Source: Octopus sinensis (taxonomy: Eukaryota). From it: a stretch of 64,000 nt of DNA. Below the pieces are notes generated by a model. The model had not been told where the DNA came from. It did not search any database and saw nothing but the letters and a program-made list of their open reading frames with translations. Made by a program: the position numbers and the translations under genes. Location: positions 64,108,001 to 64,172,000 of the forward strand of contig NC_043010.1 of the NCBI RefSeq assembly GCF_006345805.1. The letters run 5' to 3'. Positions 12,160 to 24,980 of this stretch are shown in pieces (position 1 is the first letter of the stretch; every line of letters starts with the position of its first letter).

Positions 12160-12432
12160 CATACGTATGTATGTATGTATGTATGTATGTATGTATGTAT
12201 GTATGTATGTATGTATGTATGTATGTATGTGTGTGTGGTGTGTATGTATGTATGTATGTATGTGTGTATGTGTGTGTGTATGTGTGTATGTATGTATGTA
12301 TGCATGTATGTATGTAAGTATGTATGTATGTATGTATGTATGTATGTATGTATGTATGTATGTATGTATGTATGTATTTTTGTATGTATGTGTGTGTGTG
12401 TCTATGTATGTATGTATGTATGTATGTATGTA

Positions 12433-12463
<31 letters not shown>

Positions 12464-12582
12464 GTATGTGTGTGTGTGTATGTATGTATGTATGTATGTA
12501 TGTATGTATGTATGTATGTATGTATGCATGCATGTATGTATGTATGCATGCATGTATGTATGTATGTATGTATTTATGTATG
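12160..12582. repeat. (TATG)n/(TG)n microsatellite
   Basis: Seen directly in the sequence. Confidence 0.95.
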
Positions 12583-12583
12583 T

Positions 12584-12960
12584 GGAGGCGCAATGGCCCA
12601 GTGGTTAGGGCAGCGGACTCGCGGTCATAGGATTGCAGTTTCGATTACCAGACGGAGTGTTGTGAGTGTTTATTGAATGAAAACACCTGAAGCTCAACGA
12701 GGTTCCGGCAGGGGTTGGTGGTGAACCCTGCTGTACTCTTTCACCACAGCTTTTTCTCACTCGTTTTCCCTGTTTCTGTTGTACCTGTATTTCAAAGGGC
12801 CAGCCTTGTCACACACTGTGTCACGCTGAATCTCCCCGAGAACTACGTTAAGGGTTCACGTGTCTGTGGAGTGCTCAGCCACTTGCACGTTAATTCCACG
12901 AGCAGGCTGTTCCGTTGATCGGATCAACTGGAACCGTCGTCGTCGTAACCGACGGAGTGC
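12584..12960 (+). mobile_element. tRNA-derived SINE family C (tRNA-Arg-like head)
   Basis: GGAGGCGCAATGGCCCAGTGGTTAGGGCAGCGGACTCGCGGTC...GTTTCGATT resembles a tRNA-Arg 5' half. Homologues at 44951 and 45631. Confidence 0.85.
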
Positions 12961-13559
12961 CGTAAGATGTCTATATGTATGCATGTCTATCTGTATGTAT
13001 TGATAGGTATGGGTGCTTGTCTTGAAATGCAGATGGCCTAACAACGTTAGGGTAGATGAAGAAACCTTATCAGGGAACGAATACATATATATATATGCGG
13101 GTAATTTCGGGTAATGTTATGTTGTTGGTGGTGTATGGGTGGATGAAAGGAGTTTTAATGAGAACTGCGGGGAATCACATACCCCGAAGACACGCACACC
13201 CTGTCCCCTGGCTGCTTCATTTGCACCTTATACGCTGTGAGCCCTATTTTCTCACCTGCTCCATTCCCTCTTCCTTCCTCTGCTCGGCTTCTCCCTTTAT
13301 GTGTCTTACCTCCCTTCTCTGTCCCTTCTCTCTCTCCCCCTCTCTCTCTTATACATGCAATATAATAGTACATAACAGACGCCTCTTCCTCCTCCTTCCT
13401 ACAACCCAACCCGCACCCCCGCCAACCGCCTGCTTATCTCAATGTTTCTTTCATTTTGCCTCTTCCTTTTGTCTCCCCCGTCTCCATCTCATAAGTTCTC
13501 TTTTACGTTCTTTTACTCTCCGCTTAGCTTTCTTGATAGCAATCATTGTCATCAAGATG

Positions 13560-13600
<41 letters not shown>

Positions 13601-13660
13601 CCTCATCGTCATCGTCATCGTCATCATCATCGTCATCATAATCATCATCATCATCATCAT

Positions 13661-13698
<38 letters not shown>

Positions 13699-13699
<1 letters not shown>

Positions 13700-14685
13700 C
13701 AGGACATCCCCTAAGTTCTGTCCGAATTTTGAATAAAGAAAACAAGTGATCAAATGTTATATTTAATTGAAAGTTAATATCATCAATGTACTTTCCCTGA
13801 TTATCTATGACTTCCTTCCATCTATTTACAAGCTTTTTAATCGCATCAATGTAAAACTCTTTTGGTTTCAAAGCGAAGAACTCTGAAATGTCAGTTTCGA
13901 CCTCCTCTTGGCTTGCGAAAGTTATGTCCCCCCAAATGATTCAGTAAACTACGAAACAAATGGTAGTCTTTAGGAGCAAGGTCGGGAGAATAAGGTGGAT
14001 GAGGAATTTTTTCCAAACCAAACTCTTCGATCTTCTGTGATGTGATCTTTGCAGTGTGGGTTCGTGCATTGTCTTGATGAAACATCACTCGTTTTCGATT
14101 CACTAAAGCGGGTCTTTTTTTTTTTCAAAGCTTGGTTCAAAAGCTCTAATTACTGACAGTAGACTTGAGCATTGATTTTTGCATTAGGTGGTAACAATTC
14201 AAAGTGAATTACCCCTTTGTAATCCCACCAGATAAAGAGAAGAACCTTTTCCCCATGAAGTTCCCTTCTCGGTTGTGGTTGAGCTTTTCCATTTTACCAA
14301 GCCACTGTTTACGACGTTTAACATTTCGATAGAAGATCCATTTTTTGTCACCAATCACAAATCTTTCCAAAAAGGGGGAAATGAGTTCGCGAGAATGGAG
14401 AGAAGAGCAGATGTCAACTCGGGATTTGCGGTTGCTTTCGGACAATTCATAAGGCACCCATTTTCCAAGTTTAGGAACTTTTCCAACTTGTTTAAGTTTT
14501 ATTGCCAATTCTTCAACTGATAATGTAGGATTTTTGCAAGTAATACCTCAAGGAGCTTATCATCAAACTCAACTGGAAGTCCTGTTCGATCTTCATCTTC
14601 AAGGACGAAGTCTCCACTTCTGAATTTTACAAACCATCTTCTGCAAGTTCTTTCATTCAAGCATTCTTTCCCATAAACTGAATGT
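13699..14685 (-). mobile_element. mariner transposon relic (DD34D transposase pseudogene), one TIR-like end
   Basis: The minus strand gives WVPYEL, FVIGDKKWIFY, FHQDNARTHT, HPPYSPDLAPKDYHLFRSL and YIDAIKKLVNRWKEVIDNQGKYI, with stops and frameshifts. TIR-like TCAGGACATCCCCTAAG at 13699. Confidence 0.92.
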
Positions 14686-14731
14686 AATTTGTCCCGTCTG
14701 TGTGCAGCCCTGCGTGGCTAATAAAGAAACA

Positions 14732-14829
<98 letters not shown>

Positions 14830-15129
14830 CCAGTGTGCATACACACACTTGTTCTAGTGGAACTGCAAATAGTACGAGAATTACTGATTGAGCATGAAAT
14901 GAGAACAATTCGTCTTCGTGAACCGAAAGAATGGCTTAGTTTGAAATACGACGTTACCAGAAGAACGCCAGTGCACAACAGCCGAAACATTGTGGATTAT
15001 AACAACAAAGGCGAGCACACTAAATATAATGAGGTAACAAAGCCAAGGGGTGTGATATTTCTAGGGCATTTATAAAGAGAAAGGTAGTCTTACAGCTGTT
15101 TCAGGGATATAAGAGATATCTCGTCATCA
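14830..15129 (-). mobile_element. pseudo-LTR-like element with 5'-truncated hammerhead motif (15087-15129)
   Basis: Minus strand: ..TGATGA CGAGATAT-CTCTT-ATATCCC T GAAAC AGCT GTA^AGAC, homologous to 45488-45542. The 5' arm of stem I is lost at a microsatellite. Confidence 0.55.
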
Positions 15130-15161
15130 TTACATATGTACGTATGTATATATATATATAG

Positions 15162-15200
<39 letters not shown>

Positions 15201-15907
15201 ATATATATATATATATATCCCGTCAAGGACGACGTATTTAGCGTAAGCGTTCAGCTTTTGCACACATGACCTGCACAAATGATTTGTTTATAGTGGTCAA
15301 ATGTATGTGCCGTACATTAGTTCACTTCCTCTATCAAATCGACGCTGGTTGAACGGAGGCACGGTGTGCCACGCGTCAGATGTCGAAGTGATCGCATAGT
15401 AACGGGAGATGGAGTGTTTTGCTCAAAAAACACACACACCACTTGGTCTAGGAATTGAAATCACAACCTCTTACACACACACACATGTATATATATATAT
15501 ATATAATATTATATATATATATATATATGCATCGTAGATGACCATCTGCAGCCGATTAATAATTGTATTTCGTAATCGGCAGCAGAGGACACAGTCACGC
15601 GGACATCCAGAAAATCGTGACTGCAACGATTTTTGCTACACCTGCTCTGTGTGTGTCCAGAGGCGAAGAAACTAAATAAGTAGTGATGTTCTCTTGTGTC
15701 GCAAACATATTTGATATCCCGACAGCCTCAATGACTGAATACTCTTAAGATGCAACATTGATGATTCGCATTTGACGGCGAAGACACCTGCACAAGGAAG
15801 CTTTATACTGCAGGGACACATTTCGTATTACTATCCTCGCTGCGAAAGAAAGATATCCAGTGGCTAAGGTGAGCCATGACAGATGGTACCACCTCCAAAA
15901 TGAAACC

Positions 15908-16139
15908 TATTTCTTTATTACCCACAAGGGGCTAAACATAGAGGAGACAAACATGGACAGACATAGGTATTAAGTTGATTACATCGACCCCAGTGCTTAA
16001 CTGGTACTTAATTTATCGACCCCGAAAGGATGAAAGGCAAAGTCGACCTCGGCGGAATTTGAACTCACAACGTAACGGCAGACGAAATACGGCTACGCAT
16101 TTCGCCCGACGTGCTAACGATTCTGCTAGCTCGCCGCCT
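15908..16139 (-). mobile_element. SINE family A, full length
   Basis: Reverse complement of head, core and the CCCCTTGTGGGTAATAAAGAAATA tail. Confidence 0.92.
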
Positions 16140-16532
16140 TCAAAACGAAACCGGTTACCAGAAGACGAGCCTGACTTAGAGCCTTTCTTTCTCCATCCCA
16201 CCTCTCTCTCTCTCAGGGCAAACTTCCTTATCCCTTTGAACTCCACGCAAGACAGCAAGTGATAATATGTGTGTTGAAGAGATATCCAGAGTAGCCTTGT
16301 AGATTGTATCTTTGAGGTTACTTCTCAAGTTATGTGAGGTTGTAATGCATTCAGTTATGCGTCTGTGATCACGAGGAAGACTGGCAGGAACCCTTCGTGA
16401 CGGTCAAACTGCATTAGCAAGGAAGATCCATGTATTCTAGATTGCTTCCCATTGCACCAGATGAGGGAGAGTGTAACAGCGAGGTGTAAGTAAGCAGGTT
16501 ACGAGCACTAATGCTCTCCAGACGCATCACAC

Positions 16533-16539
16533 CATCTTT

Positions 16540-16588
<49 letters not shown>

Positions 16589-16605
16589 TTGTGTGTGTGT
16601 GTGTA

Positions 16606-16640
<35 letters not shown>

Positions 16641-17134
16641 ATGTGTGTGTGTGTGTGTATTTATGTATGTACAGAGAAGCAGGCAGGCACAGACTGTCGA
16701 CACACCGACAAACTCAGGCACAGATACACTCACACACAAACACACACGCACACACATGCACACACGCATGCACATACACACACGCACACACGCACATGCA
16801 CACACACACACGCACATACACACACGCACATACACACACACACAGTTTCTAAAATCAGCTCTTATGTGTTCTAATCTCTGGTAATCCCATTTTCTAATTA
16901 CGTTACCCAGTTCCTCGCTATACGTCTTCAAGAACATAGGCAAATGCACACACATATACAAACAAACGGAGACACACACGCGCACACACATACACACACA
17001 CACACGCTGATTCAGCAACAGTATCAATAACAAGTTCACTGAAACCTCATCTATTTCGAAGCAGGAGAGAGAAAAAATGTAACAAGGAATCTCAAAAAGA
17101 AACTTGTTGCTAAGGTTACCCGACCTACACAATA

Positions 17135-17165
<31 letters not shown>

Positions 17166-17800
17166 CTGAGGCAGACACACACACATGCACACATATACAC
17201 AGACAGACACACACACGCACACACACACGAACATGTGAACACGCCCACATATACACGAACAAGCGTGCAGACACACACACACACACAGTGAGGCAGACAC
17301 ACGCACACACACACATATATACACAGACAGACACACACACGCACGCACACACACGAACATGTGCACACGCCCACACACACGCGCATTCTTTCTCACTTCA
17401 GCAACCATAGTCCAGTCTTTCTCCTCCTCTCTCTTTTTCTCTCCTCCCCTCTCTTTCATTCTTATGATGTCTTTCTCCAAAACGCCCATTCTACCGGTGC
17501 ATATGTAAAGATGCAACCTTGTATACATACATACATACATACGTATACACACACACACATACATACATACATACTTACATACACACACATACATACATAC
17601 ATACATACACATATACATACACACATACATACATACACACATACATACATACACACATAGACACACACATACATACATACATACATACAAACATACATAC
17701 GTACGTACGTATATACGTACACACACACAGACACGCGCACATATATACACACACATATATATACATATATGTGTGTGCGTGTATGTGTGTATATATATAT
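16533..17800. repeat. extended (TG)n/(CA)n/(TACA)n microsatellite field with a ~120-bp internal duplication (about 17140-17380)
   Basis: Seen directly; the 461-aa ORF here is an artefact. Confidence 0.85.
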
Positions 17801-17929
17801 GCGGGAGTCTATCGAAAATAAGATGACTACTATCTCCAAATTTGATTGTTTGTATGTATGTTATGTATGTATGTCTGTATGCCTGTATGTATGAATGCAC
17901 GTATGTACCCACTGGTCAGCATATAAGTG

Positions 17930-18058
17930 CAAAACAAGGTGGGAAAAGTTGTATTCGAATAACGAAGGGAGAGTAAATATGCTTTTATTAAAGCAGCAAA
18001 TTTATTGTGGAACTCTGAGTAACAGCCTTGTGATAACCTTGCAGCTTTAATAAAAGTA
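17930..18058 (+). mobile_element. eroded relative of the 28625-28853 palindromic element
   Basis: AAACAAGGTGGGAAAAG...GAGTAAATATGCTTTTATTAAAGCAGC matches 28648-28712. Inverted repeat CTTTTATTAAAGCAGCAA/TTGCAGCTTTAATAAAAG at 17982-18056. Confidence 0.6.
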
Positions 18059-18589
18059 CACCTCCCCCCCACAGATAGTGAATGAGAAAGAGTAGGAGAG
18101 AGAAAGAATCGTAAGAAAAGACTATACCTGCATACTATTCTATTTATTCACCCTTTTGCATTATTTAACTATTACTCTACACCCAGTATTGAGTACCTTT
18201 TTCTTAGCCATGACTAAAAAGTATTCAAATTGGTCATATTCATAATAATATATTAATATTTCAGGCTGTAAATACTTTGTCAAGAGAAAACGTGAATAGA
18301 AACGAGAGATATGAAAAGAGATTGGCAATCATGATGTAAAATTTCGAACCTTAACTCTTCTCATTAGTTTTTCTTTTTGTTCTTTCATGTATAATGGTCA
18401 TGAATCCGAAATATCGATATATTCAAATCAATGTCATCTTCCTTCAAGTTATTGAAAATTGTATTGTTGGTTTCCCAATTTTCTTTTCTCTAGATGCGTT
18501 TCCTTAAATCAAAATTCTTGGGCGTCCGATGCACATACATGATACACACACACACACACACACACATACACACACACACATATACGTAG

Positions 18590-19590
18590 CAGCTGATATG
18601 CGTTTTTATGTATGTACACACATAGCAGCAGCACCAGCATCCGGCTCGACAGTGACAGCAGAATCAGCTGCAACAACGACTGCAACAGCAGCAGCCGTTC
18701 AAGAATTTGGACCTGGAGATCTCCATTTCCAGCGACTTCGAGGGCCACCTCCCAGTGGTGTCGGGCGTCAACGAAGAGCCCTCGACTACAACAAGACGAC
18801 CAAAGTTTTTTTTTCTCCAAGGTCTAGGGTCTCCCGCCCCTAAGCCCTAGACCATCACCTAATCACCCTTACCCGTCTTGTTGCTTAACAACAACAACAA
18901 TAGCAGCAGTTATAACATCACCGTCAAAAGAGCTCAAACACAGGAATATGTCGGATCTACAAGCGGCCTGCTCAAACAGCGTCTGAGCAACCACAGATAC
19001 TCATTTAGGATACCAGAGAGGAATCAGGTCCCCGGCCTGCTACGTATGGCGTTTAAAAGAGGAGGGGACGCGAGAGTACGCCATACATAATCAAATAGAA
19101 GCTTCTATTACAACCTTTGCCATGCCTTAACTGGAGCAAACGATATTAGTTTTGTTTGGCCGAAAGAGCAAGGATCCTGAAAAACTCACTTGACGGGTGG
19201 GGGCACTTCTTTAAGCTCCTAAAAGGAGATGTTTAGCCAGTACATTCATCAGAGGAAATTCGTGCTGAAAACATGGAAATCCCCATTTGCCGACCAGGAA
19301 AATGCTGCCAGGCTCGGATCTCTTTGTAAGCTCATCGTAGACATAACTGATAGCGATTTAAGGGGAATAACTCTGCTTCGTCCAAGGCTTTGTTAGTAGA
19401 GTTTAGCTCCAGAAGTTTTTTGCTTACTAAAATAACTGGCCATGACGTTTTTCTCCCTCCAGCTGTAGAGAGGGTATATGTCTCCGGCAATTTGAGTCTG
19501 ACAAGTAGCCTTATACAGCTAAGCACTGTATAGGTGCGAAACTAATGGTCACTCTTTGATCAGCCATAACAATCAACTTTCAAAATGTAT
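18590..19590 (+). mobile_element. Penelope-like element relic: low-complexity leader, GIY-YIG fragment, hammerhead-bearing 3' region
   Basis: EYVGSTSGLLKQRLSNHRYSFRIP (about 18940-19015), then FCLAERARILKNS and IHQRKFVLK, then the hammerhead motif at 19494. Confidence 0.75.
19494..19554 (+). ncRNA. type-I hammerhead-like motif, G8A
   Basis: GAGT CTGACAA GTAGCCTTATACAG-CTAAGCA-CTGTATAGGTGC GAAAC TAATG GTC^ACTC. Stem I GAGT/ACTC, long stem II, GUC site after 19550. Confidence 0.65.
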
Positions 19591-20498
19591 ATCTGTGTGA
19601 GAGAGAGAGGGGGAGAGGGAAAGGGAGAGAGAGCGTGAGAGACAAGGGGAAGAGAGAGGGTGAGAGAGAAGGTGAGTGAGAGAGGGAGAGGGGTGGAGAG
19701 AGGGGATGAGAGAGAGAGGGAGAGAGAGAGAGGGGAGAGAGAGAAAGTGCGCGCGAGCGCACATACACACACACACACAGCGTCATGTGTTCCCAGCAGA
19801 TACTCAGAAAAGGCAGTAAACAACCAACAACAGTAAATGTCTCTGAGATATTATGAAAAAGATTAAGAAACATTTACTGTTACAGTCTCTTGTATCGAAG
19901 TGTACTTAGCATATTATTCTTTGGTTTGTTCTCCAAATTCATGCCACTGTCCACTACGAACTATTTCCCTTAACTTATTACCATTTTAATTAATCAAATT
20001 ACCTTAGGATATTAATGTTCTCTTCTCAGTTTTACCAGTTTTAGGCCGGGGTTGAGTCAAGGTTGGACAATTGGTGAGCTATTGAAGCAGAAACGAGCTT
20101 GCAGCTGTCCATATGTCTTTAGAAAAAGCCGATCTTTAATGGCATATTAATCACGGAGAGTTGCTGGTTTCTGCAGATTATCTCCCCTTCCCGTTTAGAG
20201 ATAGCTGTAATTGCTACTAGGTGGAGGTATATTTTCTAGCCAAGCGAAGAGTATTTCAATAATTATCAAAAATCATCTTGCAATGTATTTAGTATAACTC
20301 TCTTCGTCTTCTAACGCCCCGACACGCGCGCACGCACACACACAAATATATATGTGCGAGTTTTGTCCGTATATATATGTTTATGTGTATATATATATCT
20401 TTAGTTATATATATATATATATAGTTTTATATATATGCCCGTGTGGGCAGTCATCTAAAAGTTTTTGTTCGTCATGATGCTGACATAAGTTCCTTGTC

Positions 20499-20579
20499 TT
20501 TCCTGATGAGAAGACGGCATAATGCACCCTTTATTCCTTCGGAATTAAGAATATGCAGTCTTCGAAACATGTGTCGAGA
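20499..20579 (+). ncRNA. type-I hammerhead ribozyme candidate with intact core
   Basis: TTTC CTGATGA GAAGAC(GGCATA...TATGCA)GTCTTC GAAAC ATGT GTC^GAGA. The core is canonical, stem II closes G-C, the GUC site follows 20575, and AATAAA and (TA)n lie downstream. Confidence 0.75.
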
Positions 20580-20634
20580 ATAAAGGAATTTTGTTAAATC
20601 GTCGTTCGACTCCATTCTTTCATTTATCTATCTA

Positions 20635-20774
<140 letters not shown>

Positions 20775-22369
20775 CAACAACAATTGAGGAACCGTTCCTC
20801 AATTGTGTTGAATTTAATTATAGTCTCTGACTATTTCCTCTTTCTCACTAAACCGCTGGTGGTAAAATAATTTCTATCGAATTTTTTGCTACGCTAAATT
20901 GATTAATTTATATATATATATATATATATCAGCTGTAGAAATGAGTTGCGACGTCACAGGTGCCAAGCTGTATCGACCTTTGTCTTTCCCTTGGATAACA
21001 CTGGTGGCGTGGAGAGGGGAGGCCGGTATGCATGGGCGACTACTGGTCTTCCATAAAACAACCTTGCCCAGACTTGTGCCTCAGAGGGTAACTCTCTAGG
21101 TGCAAACCCATGGTCACTCATGACCGAAGGGGGTCTTTATATATATATATATATATATATACAGATTGATAGACAAATAGATATATGTATGTGCATGTAT
21201 GTATGTGTGTATGCTTGTATTTATGAATGTGTGTATCTATGAAAGTATAATTCACAGTTGGTAAAATTAAGTACAAGCGATAAATACGATTTAAGTTTCA
21301 ACAGTTAGATTTTTCGCAATTTATTTACTGTTTCTGTACATACACGTGTATATACATAAATAAAAAATACATTATGGAAATCTAAGCTATATTTTAAATC
21401 ACCCCCACACACACACAACGCCCCCACACAGACACACACATACACGCGTCTTTGGTTACAAAAGAGATAAGCAATACTGTATGATGTAGAGCTTATAAAA
21501 ATTAAAATACAGCTGATGAGCCACACCGTTGATGCTCGTGTTGTATGTAGAACTTTGTTTCGAGCCCTAACAAATACAATTAATACTAGTCAATGGCTTT
21601 TGCTGAGATTTTGTTGCTACGTAGCAAGTAACAAACACTCTGGTTGGCCGATGAATAACAGGGAGACTAATTTACTTAGGTGTAAAATATTTTGATTTAA
21701 GAAATTCTTAAAGTTCTATCGGACAGACATTTCTCCTAAGGAAATGGTTCTCTGAGGTGAAAGAGACACTACGTCTGGGATCTGCTACTCAGCGATATTG
21801 TTGGCTATTTCAGGATCTGGAATTTTTTTAATTAAGCTCATGTTGCAATTTCTAGTGCATGTTAGTATATGCAGATGTTTTCCCTATGAGATTACGAGGG
21901 CGTCTTCAATACAATTATCTTTTAATTTCTAAATAAATTGTACCAAAGTGTAGAATCGTTATATGTTGGTTATGCCAAAATAAGTCCCTTAAAAATCCTC
22001 TCGATACCAATTTCCTACTCAGAATTTCTAAATGCTCAATGCTGTTATGTTTGCTATAATGCTTTTGAAAAGCACAATAATCTGTGTAGGCAATTTGAAG
22101 TGTTCCTATAATTACAAGCTAGATGAAGAGGTAGAGATTGGTTGGTTGTATATCGTAAGATCTCGCTGGGAGATCTGTGAAGCAGTGATGTCCAGACAAG
22201 AGTAGCTGACTTTCATATTACTTGCATTGCACAATCGGTCTTTATATTGAACCAAAGAAAAACTTTTCTTTCTAAGGCTCTCTAATTACTGATATTATCT
22301 GTCTGTCACCATTCCTGACAGGAATGTCACTGTTTAGTTTTTTTTCTCCCTTGTGGACAAGAAGTAGGA

Positions 22370-22503
22370 TTTGAACCGATATCATCAGACAACCTATCCA
22401 GCACGTTAACATTTCGATAAACCAAAATGCTTGACGGTTTTATTTATTGCTCTTGATGAAAGGCAAAGTTGACGTCGGCGAGTTTTGGACTCAGAATACT
22501 GAA
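22370..22503 (-). mobile_element. SINE family A fragment, degenerate
   Basis: GATGAAAGGCAAAGTTGACGTCGGCGAGTTTTGGACTCAGAA. Confidence 0.65.
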
Positions 22504-22504
22504 C

Positions 22505-22742
22505 GTGGGAAGAAATATCTCTTTTGCTGAGCCACTGAGTTATGGGAACGTAAAAAAAAAACAAAACAATTGCGGTTGTCAAGCGGTGGTGGGGATAAAC
22601 ACACACACGCACACGCACAGAGGCGTACACACATGCGTGCACGCGCACACACATACGATGGGCTTTCACACAGTTTCCGACTATCAAATCTACTCACAAG
22701 GCCTTAGTTGGTCCGAGGCAGAAGTAGAAGACACTTGCCCAA
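22505..22742 (-). mobile_element. SINE family B, degenerate
   Basis: Reverse complement of TTGGGCAAGTGTCTTCTAC...CCTTGTGAGTAGATTTG...GGAAACTG and of the downstream ...TTGACAACCG...CTCAGCAAAAGAG segment. Confidence 0.7.
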
Positions 22743-22870
22743 TATATATATATTAATAAATTAATATATATATATGTATATTATAATATACATATACTTT
22801 GATAGGTTTCGGCCATTATTGGCCCAGGCCATGTCTAACTTAATAGCACCACCTGGTGAAGTCTTTCAAG

Positions 22871-23287
22871 TCAGAATTTTGGCACTATGGCCCACTCAAG
22901 TAGAGAGTTATTGTTTACAGAGACATATCCGGGTGTAGGGGGTTTATCCGGGATTTCTTGAAGGAATCTGTCCAAAGACTTCTTGAACCCTATAGGGTCA
23001 GTTTCTGTTTTAATGTGTTTTGGTGTAATGTTAAAGAGAGCGGGGCCAATTGAGGTGAAATAATTGTGCCGTATTGTTGTTATGAGATGAGAGTGCGATT
23101 TTTGTTTTGGGCGGATGGCACGGGGCCCAAGCCTTGGATGTACCTTAAAGGTGATGCCAACATCATTTGGGCAATGCTGATGGAATATTTTCCACATCAT
23201 GCAGATGATGTAGCGCTCACGACGACGTTGGAGAGAATAGAGTTTTAGCTTTTCTAGTCGACCCCAATAGTCGAGGCCTGTCATGCC
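22871..23287 (-). mobile_element. CR1-group LINE, 3' fragment
   Basis: MTGLDYWGRLEKLKLYSLQRRRERY...GPALFNITPKHIK...FKKSLDRFLQEIPDKP. Confidence 0.88.
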
Positions 23288-23299
23288 ATATAAGTATAT

Positions 23300-24135
<836 letters not shown>

Positions 24136-24484
24136 ACACACCTACATCTATATATACATAGATATAGTTGCCGGTCACTGTGCGGGAGTGGATCGGGGTG
24201 AACATTGCCGTTTAAACAGGCTTCATCAATTTGTGACTCTGTATGAGAATGCGAGTTTTTGTGCGTACGTGAGTGTATGTGCATGTGTTAGTGTGCGTGT
24301 GAATGGGTGTATCGGCGTATGTGAGTCTATCTGAGTGGGTGTATGTTTGTGTGTGTTCGAGTATATAGTTACCAGGTTGAGAGCAACGCACCTTAGTATT
24401 TTTACTGTAGAGCAAGTGATGACGCGAGTAGCTGAGTGTGGTTACAGCCTTCCTGCTTATTGCGCGCACGCTTGTATATGTATA

Positions 24485-24980
24485 CTAGCAGTATCGCCCG
24501 GCGTTGCTCGGGTTTGTAAGGGAAATAACTATAAAGCATTTTTAGAGAGTTATAGCCCCAAAATAGCAAAAACTGCATTAAAAATGGAAAAAAAATGATA
24601 GTAAATTTTTTAAAAAATCGTTGACTCATCGTAGACACTTTTAGAGAGCTACTTCCCTTATATTAAAAAAAATATGCATTAAAATGGAAAAAATGATGGT
24701 AAATTTTTTAAAACATCGTTGACTCATCGTAGTCATTTTTAGAGAGTTACTTCCCTTATATAATAGCGAAAAAATGCATTAAAATGGAAAAAAATGATGG
24801 TAAATTTTTTAAAAATTGTAGACTCATCGTAGATGCGCGCTAATACCCAGAAAGGCTTGATATGAATCACGACTATAAGATACCCGGTTTTGGTTAAACT
24901 GCACCGCAAAATGTGGGAGTAGTTAGGAATCTAAATCGGAGTAGACAGACAGCACACAACCTTTCTTTTATATATAAAGA
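24485..24980 (-). mobile_element. non-autonomous Helitron
   Basis: Minus strand: A|TCTTTATATATAAAAG ... CCCGAGCAACGCCGGGCGATACTGCTAG|T. It has 5'-TC, a subterminal hairpin, 3'-CTAG, insertion between A and T, and an internal ~105-bp duplication. Confidence 0.85.

Noticed and set aside
12584-12660. tRNA-Arg gene (also tRNA-like heads at 44951, 47513 and 59610)
   Set aside because: There is no complete cloverleaf or acceptor stem, and each continues into a SINE body.
16527-17912. 461-aa ORF and the many other CV/YI/HT/LSIY ORFs in the track
   Set aside because: These are dinucleotide and tetranucleotide repeats that lack stop codons by composition.
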